Below are positions 7,526 through 15,285 of a stretch of DNA of 53,003 nt, piece by piece. Where the stretch lies: positions 1-53,003 of the forward strand of contig JAZODN010000025.1 of NCBI GenBank assembly GCA_045597045.1. Reading direction: 5' to 3'. The notes below the pieces were generated by a model. The model did not search any database, was not told the DNA's origin, and saw only the letters and a list, made by a program, of their open reading frames with translations. The position numbers and the translations under genes were made by a program. The stretch comes from Acutalibacteraceae bacterium. GTDB lineage: Bacteria > Bacillota > Clostridia > Oscillospirales > Acutalibacteraceae. Positions within the stretch are counted from its first letter, which is position 1. Each line of letters opens with the position of its first letter.

Positions 7526-9637
7526 TCACCCCTGTTGGGTGCGGTTGAGAATATCTAACTGTACCGCGCGGTCAAGTGTTACATAAAAGGCCGAAAAGCC
7601 CGAAACACGCACCACCAAACTACCGTATTTTTCGGGATGCTCCATTGCATCCAACAGCGTTTCGCGTGAGGTGGCGTTGATCTGAATCTGCTGTCCACCC
7701 ATTTTAAAATAGGTACGAATGAGTGCTTGCAGTTTTGGGCGGTTTTCAGGGGTGAACATGGCCGGAGAGTATTTTTGATTGACCACACTTCCGCAGGCGA
7801 CTTGCGTGTAATCGGGTTTCGATACGCTGAGCAGTGTAGCGGTTGCACCGCGCACGTCGCGACCGTAGGAGGGGGAGGCGGCGTCTGACAGTGGTTCACC
7901 GCGTTTTCGTCCATCCGGTGTAGCGTTGATAATGCGTCCGGCAGAAATGTTGCTGACGTTGGCCGCAACGTCGATGTAAATGCCGCCGCCGTCACGGGTT
8001 TTATACTGTTTAAAGCAGGAGGCCATGTATTTTACGAACCAAACGGCGTATTTATCTGCAAAATCGTCGTTGTTGCCGTATTTGGGGGCAGCCAACAGTT
8101 TTTCCCGCAGCGCTTCGTATCCTTCGAAATTACTGTTCAGTGCAGCCTTCAATTCGCTGAGCGTGGCGGCTTTATCAATAAAAATTACCTTCTCGATAGC
8201 GGCAAGCGAATCGGTGATGGTACCGATTCCCATGATCGCCACACCGTGCACCGAAGGATATATGCTGCCGCCGTTGTTGATATCTAAGCCACGTCCGATG
8301 CAATCGTAGCAGAAGCAAGAAAGAAACGGCTCGGGGAAATTCTCTTGGCAGATCGCGTTGTTGCGGTTTTTAAACCATGCGTAATACTCTGCCGCACCAT
8401 GCGCCAGCTGTGCTTCAAAACGGGACATGAAATCGCCCATGGTGTGAATACTGTCTACGTCGCCGGTATCTATGCCGATTGAACGGTTGGTTTCGCTGCG
8501 CCCGTTATTAAAGAGATAGTCGAAATAGCGCGGTGTGTCCAGTCGCCCGTCGGACCACGGCGGTTGCATACCTGTAATAAAGTTTTCAATGCAACCGACC
8601 ATGCAGAAGTTGTAAATATCCTCTTCGCGGTAACCGTATTCCCGCAGCGCCGGAATCATCACCGCATCGTTCATTAAAGCCGGATAGCCGAGCCCCGTGC
8701 CGATCACCTGCAGGCATAAGTCCAGGAAATCGTCAGGCGTGTTTTCGGCGGTGCGCAGTGACAGGTTTGGACCCGGTATGTTGCAGTTTCCCACCGCACG
8801 AACGATACAGTAGGAGAGAGGGTTTACCGCGCAGGAACCATCGGGATTGGTACCGCCGATACAGATGTTCACAACATCGTCGCGCAGGCGAATAAACACG
8901 TTTTCAAGCAACTCGATCACGCGCTCATCGGTGATGCGGCCACTTTCGATATCCGCTTTATAGAACGGGTATAAGTACTGATCCAGGCGACCGAGCGCCA
9001 TGGCATAGCGCCCTTCCATCAAGAAAGCGGTGTGGCAAAACCAAACAAGCTGAAGGGCTTCGGCAAAGGTCTTGGGTGCACCGCGCAACAGTGCCTCACA
9101 GTTTTGAAGAATAAAGTCTACCCGTTGGCGGTCATAGCCATTTTTTTCACGGCATGCTTTGGCTGCCTCAACATAGTTTTCAATCATGCGGTAAAACCCC
9201 TCCAAGGCGCGTTTCATACCTTGCAGCGTTTCGCACCTTTTGGGGTCGTTTTGCCACGTAATGAGCGAACGGTCGATTTCCAACAGCAGGCCGGGCAGGC
9301 CTACCGTGAGAATATGGTCATAATTCGGAGCGTAGTGGTCTTTGTTGGTAATGAATTCACGTTCGCCGAATTGTGCAACCGTCGCCTGGGCATATGCCAG
9401 CGTCATTTCGTCGGCCGTGGTATACAGCGCGCAGCGGTTGCCCGTGATCAACTCGGCAGGGAGAATTTGCGGTTGTGTTTCGGTAAATAGTGCATAAATG
9501 CCGTTGGCACGTAAAGGGACGGGGGCAGCGGCTAAATCTTTTTTATATCCCAGGAAACGGAAATAGTAGGGAGCGTAAGTCCCGTGGCGGTCGGTAAAAT
9601 AGTCGGTGCTCATTTGGTCAAACAGCTTCATATCCAT
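7526..9637 (-). CDS. glycyl radical enzyme, PFL2/dehydratase-lyase-like, short form (703 aa), substrate unknown
   Basis: Glycyl-radical fingerprint VVRVSGFSAFY (Gly680, codon 7598-7600). Thiyl loop MVGCIENF (Cys349 codon 8591-8593, Glu351) instead of the Cys-Cys of pyruvate formate-lyase. Confidence 0.85.
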   Translation of the reverse strand: MDMKLFDQMSTDYFTDRHGTYAPYYFRFLGYKKDLAAAPVPLRANGIYALFTETQPQILPAELITGNRCALYTTADEMTLAYAQATVAQFGEREFITNKDHYAPNYDHILTVGLPGLLLEIDRSLITWQNDPKRCETLQGMKRALEGFYRMIENYVEAAKACREKNGYDRQRVDFILQNCEALLRGAPKTFAEALQLVWFCHTAFLMEGRYAMALGRLDQYLYPFYKADIESGRITDERVIELLENVFIRLRDDVVNICIGGTNPDGSCAVNPLSYCIVRAVGNCNIPGPNLSLRTAENTPDDFLDLCLQVIGTGLGYPALMNDAVMIPALREYGYREEDIYNFCMVGCIENFITGMQPPWSDGRLDTPRYFDYLFNNGRSETNRSIGIDTGDVDSIHTMGDFMSRFEAQLAHGAAEYYAWFKNRNNAICQENFPEPFLSCFCYDCIGRGLDINNGGSIYPSVHGVAIMGIGTITDSLAAIEKVIFIDKAATLSELKAALNSNFEGYEALREKLLAAPKYGNNDDFADKYAVWFVKYMASCFKQYKTRDGGGIYIDVAANVSNISAGRIINATPDGRKRGEPLSDAASPSYGRDVRGATATLLSVSKPDYTQVACGSVVNQKYSPAMFTPENRPKLQALIRTYFKMGGQQIQINATSRETLLDAMEHPEKYGSLVVRVSGFSAFYVTLDRAVQLDILNRTQQG

Positions 9638-9648
9638 TTTCTCCTTGC

Positions 9649-10266
9649 TTAGGATTCTTCGTTTTTATACCGCAGTTTCGACCAAAGCAGAACAATAATC
9701 TGACCGGGTACGCCCAGCGCAAATACCGTCCATACCGTAAAGCCGGAAAAGAGCAACGTGATAAACAGCGACCCCAACACCGACCACATCAAAAGTGAGA
9801 TGATCAGAAAGTTGCGACGCAGGTTGAACCAAAGAGAATTAAAGATGAGCCAGACCACCAGGGTGGCGGGAATCGCATACAAGAACGGCAGCAGCGGCCC
9901 CCAGGAGGTTTTGGCAAGCAGATCCAAAATGATGTATAGTAAAATGGCGAGCAGCCACACCAATACCACACACATCCCCGTGATAAAACCGCGGTTTTGA
10001 CGGCGGCGACGGCTGGTGCGTTTGGCACGAAGGAACACGCTGTCGTTTTCGGGCCGTACCAAATAGTCGAGCGATACTTCAAACAAATCGGCGATGGCGA
10101 TCAGCACGGCAATATCGGGCAGCGATTCGCCGCGTTCCCATTTAGAGATCGCTTTGTCGGAATAATTCAATTTTTCCGCCAATTCCAACTGCGTCATTTC
10201 GCGTGCTTGTCGCAATGAAGCGATGTTTTTGGCGACGATGGCTTTAATATCTTGCAAAAGAAGCAC
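9649..10266 (-). CDS. XRE-family HTH transcriptional regulator with C-terminal multi-pass membrane domain
   Basis: HTH region MTQLELAEKLNYSDKAISKWERGESLPDIAVLIAIADLF, followed by about 4 hydrophobic helices. The listed GTG 10266 abuts the RBS; TTG 10257 (9 nt after GGAAGGAG) is the more likely start. The stop lies 11 nt before the GRE start. Confidence 0.75.
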   Translation of the reverse strand: MLLLQDIKAIVAKNIASLRQAREMTQLELAEKLNYSDKAISKWERGESLPDIAVLIAIADLFEVSLDYLVRPENDSVFLRAKRTSRRRRQNRGFITGMCVVLVWLLAILLYIILDLLAKTSWGPLLPFLYAIPATLVVWLIFNSLWFNLRRNFLIISLLMWSVLGSLFITLLFSGFTVWTVFALGVPGQIIVLLWSKLRYKNEES

Positions 10267-10280
10267 ACTCCTTCCAATAA

Positions 10281-10364
10281 TCTACACCCATAATACCACA
10301 TCTGCGCAAAAAAATCAACAAATATAATGTAAATAATAGTGTTCTGATTTCAATTCTACACCCA
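10281..10364. repeat. two copies of a 10-bp direct repeat TCTACACCCA (10281-10290 and 10355-10364); candidate operator
   Basis: Exact 10-mer seen twice, 74 bp apart, in the divergent XRE/degV intergenic region. Copy 1 abuts the -10 and start site of the XRE promoter; copy 2 lies upstream of its -35. Confidence 0.45.
10290..10318 (-). promoter_or_regulatory. sigma-A-type promoter for the XRE-GRE operon
   Basis: On the minus strand: TTGATT (10318-10313), 17-nt spacer, TGgTATTAT extended -10 (10295-10290). Confidence 0.5.
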
Positions 10365-10512
10365 ACTCTACTTTCGGTAGAGTCGAAAATCGGCGTATCT
10401 ACCGCCGTGTCGATGGCGGTATAGTTTGCCGGGTGACAGAGTAGGTTGTCTGCAGAGGGTGAAATCGTGTATACTGTGAACATAATTCAATGACAACGGA
10501 GGAATAAGAAAT

Positions 10513-11376
10513 ATGCGTCCTTACATTATTTATACCGATTCGGCTTGTGATATGCTGCCCGAAACGTTGGAGTCGTGGGGGGTTAAACGGTGTGATCTGT
10601 CCTTTCAGTTCGACGGTGACGATACGGTATACACGAACTTTGAATTAACGCCGGCTGCCTTTTATCAGCGTATGCGCGATGGCGGCGTGGCCAAAACCTC
10701 GGCGGTCAACAGCGAAACCTTCCGCACGCTGTTTGAGGAGGAACTGAAAAACGGAAACGACGTGCTGTATATCGGTTTTTCTTCGGGGCTCAGCACCACC
10801 TTTAACTGTGCACGCATGGCGGCGGCGGAACTGGAGGAAGAGTATGCGGAGCAGCGCGTGCGTGCAGTGGATACGCGCTCGGCATCGGCCGGCTTTGGCA
10901 TGCTTCTCTATCTGGCGGTACAAAAGAAGGCAGAGGGTGCTTCTCTGGATGAGGTGGCAGATTACGTGGAAGCACAGCGTGCACATCAATGCCATTGGTT
11001 TACGGTGGACGATCTGGTGTATCTTAAACGCGGTGGACGGGTAAGTCCTGCGGTGGCGTTGATCGGTGGCGTACTCGGTATTAAGCCGGTGTTGAATATG
11101 GATGACGAAGGTCACTTGATCAGCCGTTCGAAGGTGCGCGGACGCAAAGCGGCCCTCAAGGCGTTGGCCGATAAATACGGCGAGTTAGCTATCAACCGTG
11201 AAGGCCCGGTATTTATTTCCCACGGCGACTGTGCCGAAGATGCCGCGCTGTTGGCAGATATGTTGAAGGAAACCTATGGGGTAGCGGTCGATATGACGGT
11301 CAATGTCGGACCTGTTATCGGTGCTCATTCCGGTCCGGGCACCATGGCTCTTTTCTTTATCGGAAAGGAGCGCTAA
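10513..11376 (+). CDS. DegV family (fatty-acid-binding) protein, second paralog
   Basis: 287 aa: MRPYIIYTDSACDM..., FSSGLSTTF, GPVIGAHSGPG. Only distantly similar to the 2515-3351 copy. Confidence 0.8.
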   Translation: MRPYIIYTDSACDMLPETLESWGVKRCDLSFQFDGDDTVYTNFELTPAAFYQRMRDGGVAKTSAVNSETFRTLFEEELKNGNDVLYIGFSSGLSTTFNCARMAAAELEEEYAEQRVRAVDTRSASAGFGMLLYLAVQKKAEGASLDEVADYVEAQRAHQCHWFTVDDLVYLKRGGRVSPAVALIGGVLGIKPVLNMDDEGHLISRSKVRGRKAALKALADKYGELAINREGPVFISHGDCAEDAALLADMLKETYGVAVDMTVNVGPVIGAHSGPGTMALFFIGKER

Positions 11377-11380
11377 CGTA

Positions 11381-12052
11381 TTGATAAGAACGAAATTGGC
11401 CGATCGTTCGTTGCCCGACTACACGCGCGGCGAAGAAGTGTTCAACATGGTGTCGCACATTGTCGGCGGCGGTATCGGCGTGCTTGCGCTGGTGTTTTGC
11501 GTGCTCAAAGCGGCCTTGTTTTCAGATGCGTGGGCGGTTGTCGGCGGTGCGATCTACGGTGCTTCCCTAATCGTGCTGTATACTATGTCCAGTGTTTATC
11601 ACGGTTTGCGGCATGTAACGGCTAAAAAAGTGCTGCAAGTGTTGGATCATTGCACTATCTACTTTTTGATCGGCGGTACGTATACCCCTATTCTGCTTTC
11701 GGCGATTCGTCCGGTTGCGCCGGGATGGGCATGGAGCCTCTTTGGGCTTGTGTGGGGTTTGGCGCTCGTTGCCTGCGTATTCACGGCAATCGATCTTAAA
11801 AAATACGCTGCGTTTTCGATGGCGTGTTATATCGGTATGGGCTGGTGCATTGTGATTGCGGCACGGGTGACGATGCAGGCACTTACGGCCGCGGCGCTTT
11901 GGCTGCTGCTTTTAGGCGGCATTGCTTACACGGTTGGTGCTGTATTATACGGCGTCGGGAAAAGGTGCCGCTATATGCACGGGGTGTTTCATTTGTTTGT
12001 GCTGTTTGGCAGTGTGCTGCAGCTTTTGTGCATTTTCCTTTTTGTCATGTAA
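11381..12052 (+). CDS. hemolysin III / PAQR family membrane protein
   Basis: Motifs LDHCTIYFLIGGTYTP and HLFVLFGSVLQ, with 7 predicted TM segments. TTG 11381 lies 10 nt after GGAAAGGAG; the listed start at 11303 would overlap degV by 74 nt. Confidence 0.75.
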   Translation: MIRTKLADRSLPDYTRGEEVFNMVSHIVGGGIGVLALVFCVLKAALFSDAWAVVGGAIYGASLIVLYTMSSVYHGLRHVTAKKVLQVLDHCTIYFLIGGTYTPILLSAIRPVAPGWAWSLFGLVWGLALVACVFTAIDLKKYAAFSMACYIGMGWCIVIAARVTMQALTAAALWLLLLGGIAYTVGAVLYGVGKRCRYMHGVFHLFVLFGSVLQLLCIFLFVM

Positions 12053-12057
12053 AAGAT

Positions 12058-12093
12058 AACAGCCGTTGTTTCGGTTGAAACAACGGCTGTTTT
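12058..12093. terminator. intrinsic terminator (15-bp stem)
   Basis: AACAGCCGTTGTTTC-GGTT-GAAACAACGGCTGTT followed by TT(T)A. Confidence 0.75.
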
Positions 12094-12094
12094 A

Positions 12095-12122
12095 CCGTTC
12101 CCTGCCGCAAGGCAGGGAACGG
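12095..12122 (+). other. second GC-rich hairpin immediately after the terminator
   Basis: CCGTTCCCTGCC-GCAA-GGCAGGGAACGG, a perfect 12-bp stem with a GNRA-like loop and no T-tail. Confidence 0.6.
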
Positions 12123-12430
12123 CAGACAGCGACAGGCGCAAGCACGGTTGCGTGTGAGCAAATGAAACAGACTCTACACAAATGAGCAACCGAGCCGACA
12201 AACCAAAAGCGAATACCGGTCCACTGCTCAAAAAGTGCGGTATCCTTTCATCTGTAGGCTGCCGCTGACGAGAAGTAGTGTGCGCCGTTTGATAAGGAAT
12301 ATCCTGTCTTACAGAAGGAAAAATATGACAAGCTGCACGCTGTCAGTGGCGGAATTTGTAAAAAATTGACAAGTATTTTCCTGTTTGTTGGGTGTTTTTA
12401 AATGAATATTTGAAAATTATTAAATTTTTG

Positions 12431-12459
12431 TTGACAAAATAATTAAAATCGGCTAAACT
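12431..12459 (+). promoter_or_regulatory. sigma-A-type promoter upstream of the sigma-factor gene
   Basis: TTGACA (12431-12436), 17 nt, TAAACT (12454-12459), embedded in a strongly AT-rich block at about 12340-12500. Confidence 0.45.
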
Positions 12460-12510
12460 GTATAAGTGATGTGATAGGTTGATTTTTGTGCGCAAAAGTG
12501 AGGAAGGTCT

Positions 12511-13077
12511 ATGGCAGAAGAACTGTCGCCTTCGCGCGAGCAAGAACTTGTTTTGTTGGCTCGGGCGGGGGATGAGCGTGCCTTTGCAACCTTAGAGGCA
12601 CGGTGTGAACCGATGATTCGCGCACAGGTTGCGTATTTTCGGTTTCCTTTGGCCGAGACAGACGACGCAGCACAAGAGGCTCGCCTGGGGCTGCTGTCGG
12701 CTGTTCGTTCGTTTCAACCGTCACGGGATGTGTCTTTTCGCACGTATGCTTCCACCTGCGTTCGAAACCGCTTGCTTTCGCTTTTGCGTCGTCGTGCGGC
12801 ACGGGCGGCCGAGATCCCGATGGAGAATGTGGCGGCCGAGGCTGAGGCGAAAACGGCAGATCCTGCTGCCTTAATGCAGGAAAAAGAGAGTGAGGCGCAT
12901 GCACATCTGCGTATTCAGGAGGCGCTTTCGCCGCGTGAATACACCGTGTTGCTGCGGTATCTCGACGGTCTTTCCTATGCTGTGATCGCTTCTCAGCTGC
13001 AGATATCTCCCAAAGCAGTGGATAACGCATTACAGCGTGCACGTGCTAAATTACGGTGCGTGTTCAACATTGGATGA
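12511..13077 (+). CDS. sigma-70 family RNA polymerase sigma factor (group 3/4-like, subtype not assigned)
   Basis: Region 2 (DDAAQEARLGLLSAVRSFQPSRDVSFRTYASTCVRNRL) and region 4 HTH (LSPREYTVLLRYLDGLSYAVIASQLQISPKAVDNALQRARAKLR). GAGGAAGG RBS. Confidence 0.75.
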   Translation: MAEELSPSREQELVLLARAGDERAFATLEARCEPMIRAQVAYFRFPLAETDDAAQEARLGLLSAVRSFQPSRDVSFRTYASTCVRNRLLSLLRRRAARAAEIPMENVAAEAEAKTADPAALMQEKESEAHAHLRIQEALSPREYTVLLRYLDGLSYAVIASQLQISPKAVDNALQRARAKLRCVFNIG

Positions 13078-13194
13078 GACAGCGTTGCTGTTCATCATAT
13101 ATCAATGCCCGCGTATCTCAAAAAGAACCATTGGTTTACCAACTTCGGATTGAATGTTTACAGGGCAAAATAATTTAAAGCGAGGTAGAATCCC

Positions 13195-13473
13195 ATGTAC
13201 GAAGACAAGACACTGGTGTGCAAAGACTGCGGTGCAGAATTTGTTTTCACCGCCGGCGAGCAGGAGTTTTATGCTGAAAAGGGCTTTGTGAACGAGCCCC
13301 AGCGCTGCAAGGCCTGCCGCGACGCACGCAAGAACGCTTCCAAGCCGGAGCGCGAGATGTTTACGGCTATCTGCGCAAACTGCGGCAAAGAAGCGCGTGT
13401 CCCCTTTAAGCCCCGCGAGGATCGCCCTGTGTACTGCAGCGAGTGCTTCGCCAACATGAAGGCAGAAGGCTAA
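13195..13473 (+). CDS. small zinc-ribbon protein (CxxC...CxxC plus CxxC-x17-CxxC)
   Basis: 92 aa with CKDC...CKAC and CANC-17 aa-CSEC. A terminator follows. Confidence 0.7.
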   Translation: MYEDKTLVCKDCGAEFVFTAGEQEFYAEKGFVNEPQRCKACRDARKNASKPEREMFTAICANCGKEARVPFKPREDRPVYCSECFANMKAEG

Positions 13474-13494
13474 TTGCCCACTTTGTGAGAAAAA

Positions 13495-13520
13495 GCCGCC
13501 CGAAAACGGGCGGCTTTTTT
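13495..13520 (+). terminator. intrinsic terminator
   Basis: GCCGCCCG-AAAA-CGGGCGGC followed by TTTTTT. Confidence 0.85.
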
Positions 13521-13564
13521 GCGTTCGTTTTTTGAAAAAGTGGGTATTTTCTCCCGTAAAACAC

Positions 13565-13593
13565 TTGCACCCACCAAAAAGGTGTGATAAAAT
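13565..13593 (+). promoter_or_regulatory. sigma-A-type promoter for ilvE
   Basis: TTGCAC (13565-13570), 17 nt, TAAAAT (13588-13593). Confidence 0.45.
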
Positions 13594-13631
13594 AAGAGAA
13601 AGTTGTATTTTCGGAAAGAAGGAACTGCGTT

Positions 13632-14657
13632 ATGGAAAAGAAAAATATCGATTGGGGTAATCTCGGTTTCGGCTATATGCCCACCGATTACCGTTATGTG
13701 TCGCATTTCAAAGACGGTGCATGGGATGACGGCGAACTCACCACGGATGCCAATGTGGTTATCAATGAATGTGCCGGTGTGTTGCAATATGCTCAGACGT
13801 GCTTTGAGGGATTGAAAGCGTACACCACCGAAGATGGCCGCATCGTTACCTTCCGTCCCGATCTAAACGCCGATCGTATGGAGCAGTCGGCGCTTCGTTT
13901 GCGTATGCCGGTGTTCCCGAAGGAACGTTTTTTGGAGGCTGTGGATCAAGTGGTTAAGGCCAACGCTGCGTTCGTGCCGCCCTATGGCTCGGGTGCAACG
14001 TTGTATTTGCGTCCGTACATGTTCGGTTCCGATCCCGTTATCGGTGTGAAGCCCGCAACGGAATATCAGTTCCGCATTTTGGTCACGCCTGTCGGCCCGT
14101 ATTTCAAGGGCGGCGTGAAGCCGCTGACCTTGCGCATCAGCGATCTGGACCGTGCGGCACCGCGCGGTACCGGCCACATCAAGGGCGGTCTTAATTATGC
14201 GATGAGTCTTTACAACATTGTGGACGCGCATGAGCAGGGCTATGACGAGAACGTGTACCTTGATCCCGGCACCCGTACTTACATTGAGGAGACGGGCGGT
14301 GCGAACATTCTGTTTGTGACAAAGGATAACAAGGTCGTCACCCCGAAATCCGACAGCATTCTGCCTTCTATTACTCGCCGTTCGCTGATGGCGGTGGCGA
14401 AGGATTACCTTGGTCTTGAAGTGGAAGAACGCCCTGTGGCGCTTTCGGAAGTGGCCGACTTTGCTGAGTGCGGTCTGTGCGGTACGGCGGCGGTTATTTC
14501 GCCCGTTGGCAAGATTGTAGATCACGGCCGCGAGATCGCATTCCCGGCAGGTATGGAAAAGATGGGTCCCATCACCCAAAAGCTGTACGATACCCTCACC
14601 GGAATCCAAATGGGTCGCTTGGAAGCGCCCGAAGGCTGGATCCGCGAAATCAAATAA
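13632..14657 (+). CDS. ilvE: branched-chain amino acid aminotransferase
   Basis: 341 aa with N-terminus MEKKNIDWGNLGFGYMPTDYRY... and class IV aminotransferase features throughout. Confidence 0.85.
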   Translation: MEKKNIDWGNLGFGYMPTDYRYVSHFKDGAWDDGELTTDANVVINECAGVLQYAQTCFEGLKAYTTEDGRIVTFRPDLNADRMEQSALRLRMPVFPKERFLEAVDQVVKANAAFVPPYGSGATLYLRPYMFGSDPVIGVKPATEYQFRILVTPVGPYFKGGVKPLTLRISDLDRAAPRGTGHIKGGLNYAMSLYNIVDAHEQGYDENVYLDPGTRTYIEETGGANILFVTKDNKVVTPKSDSILPSITRRSLMAVAKDYLGLEVEERPVALSEVADFAECGLCGTAAVISPVGKIVDHGREIAFPAGMEKMGPITQKLYDTLTGIQMGRLEAPEGWIREIK

Positions 14658-14668
14658 GAGGATAACAT

Positions 14669-14708
14669 AAAAACCCGTGTGTTCGCGATGCGAACACACG
14701 GGTTTTTT
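14669..14708. terminator. bidirectional intrinsic terminator
   Basis: AAAACCCGTGTGTTCGC-GAT-GCGAACACACGGGTTTT with A/T runs on both sides, between convergent ilvE and the SGNH hydrolase gene. Confidence 0.9.
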
Positions 14709-15285
14709 AGAATTGCACGGTATCGACAATGTGCTTTGCCATGCGATAATATCCTTCTTTTCCGAAATGCAATCCGTCAAAGGGTTGCATTTCGTATTCG
14801 TTTTCGGCACTGAAAACACCGTCAAACGTGACCAGCCGCAGTCCTTTTTCAGCGGCAAATCGTGTCAAAAATGCTACTGCCTTTTTGACACGCGGTGCAC
14901 AGCCGAAATTGACGCGTTCGGGAATTTCGGTGGCATGCGGCGGAGCGATTATGATGATTTCGCTTTGCGGAGCATCGGCAAGGCACCGTGCCACCAGTTC
15001 AGCATAATCGTGATTGCCTTGCACGTCCTCATCCGGATCCAATGTGCCGTTGGTACCAAGAAAGATTAACACATAATCGGCGCCGTTTACAGAAATTTCT
15101 CCCCGTTTGTAATAATCCCAATAGGCCGAAACGGTGTAGCCGCATTTTCCGCCGTTCACCACGGTGGCTCCTGTCAGTTGCGATAAAAAATATGGGTAAT
15201 TTTCGGGGTGGATATTGGGCACGCCACTTTGGTGCCAACCGTAATCTCCCTCGGTCAAACTGTCACCTAAACATACGATTTTCAT
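14707..15285 (-). CDS. SGNH/GDSL-family hydrolase (esterase)
   Basis: MKIVCLGDSLTEGDYG (GDS block) and a C-terminal DGLHFG block. ATG 15285 forms an ATGA overlap with the stop of the upstream rhamnosidase gene, with AGGAGG upstream. The 314-aa listed ORF is an N-terminal over-extension. Confidence 0.8.
   Translation of the reverse strand: MKIVCLGDSLTEGDYGWHQSGVPNIHPENYPYFLSQLTGATVVNGGKCGYTVSAYWDYYKRGEISVNGADYVLIFLGTNGTLDPDEDVQGNHDYAELVARCLADAPQSEIIIIAPPHATEIPERVNFGCAPRVKKAVAFLTRFAAEKGLRLVTFDGVFSAENEYEMQPFDGLHFGKEGYYRMAKHIVDTVQF

Noticed and set aside
2515-11376. Two degV genes flanking the GRE operon as possible duplicated island borders
   Set aside because: The two DegV proteins are highly divergent and are not a recent duplication. 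I noticed no nucleotide repeats at the borders, and there are no integrase or transposase genes.
12094-12340. Known housekeeping RNA (6S, SRP RNA, RNase P, tmRNA) in the long intergenic gap
   Set aside because: I could not recognise conserved motifs of these RNAs on either strand, and the ends do not pair into a 6S-like closing stem. It is kept only as an unassigned region in the findings.
13521-13631. T-box or other leader upstream of ilvE
   Set aside because: Only about 40 nt lie between the predicted -10 and the start codon, too short for a T-box. I could see no specifier or antiterminator structure.
13863-14858. 331-aa ORF antisense to ilvE
   Set aside because: It lies opposite a confidently identified gene. 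It has an Arg/His/Thr-rich low-complexity composition typical of shadow frames in GC-rich DNA, and no RBS.
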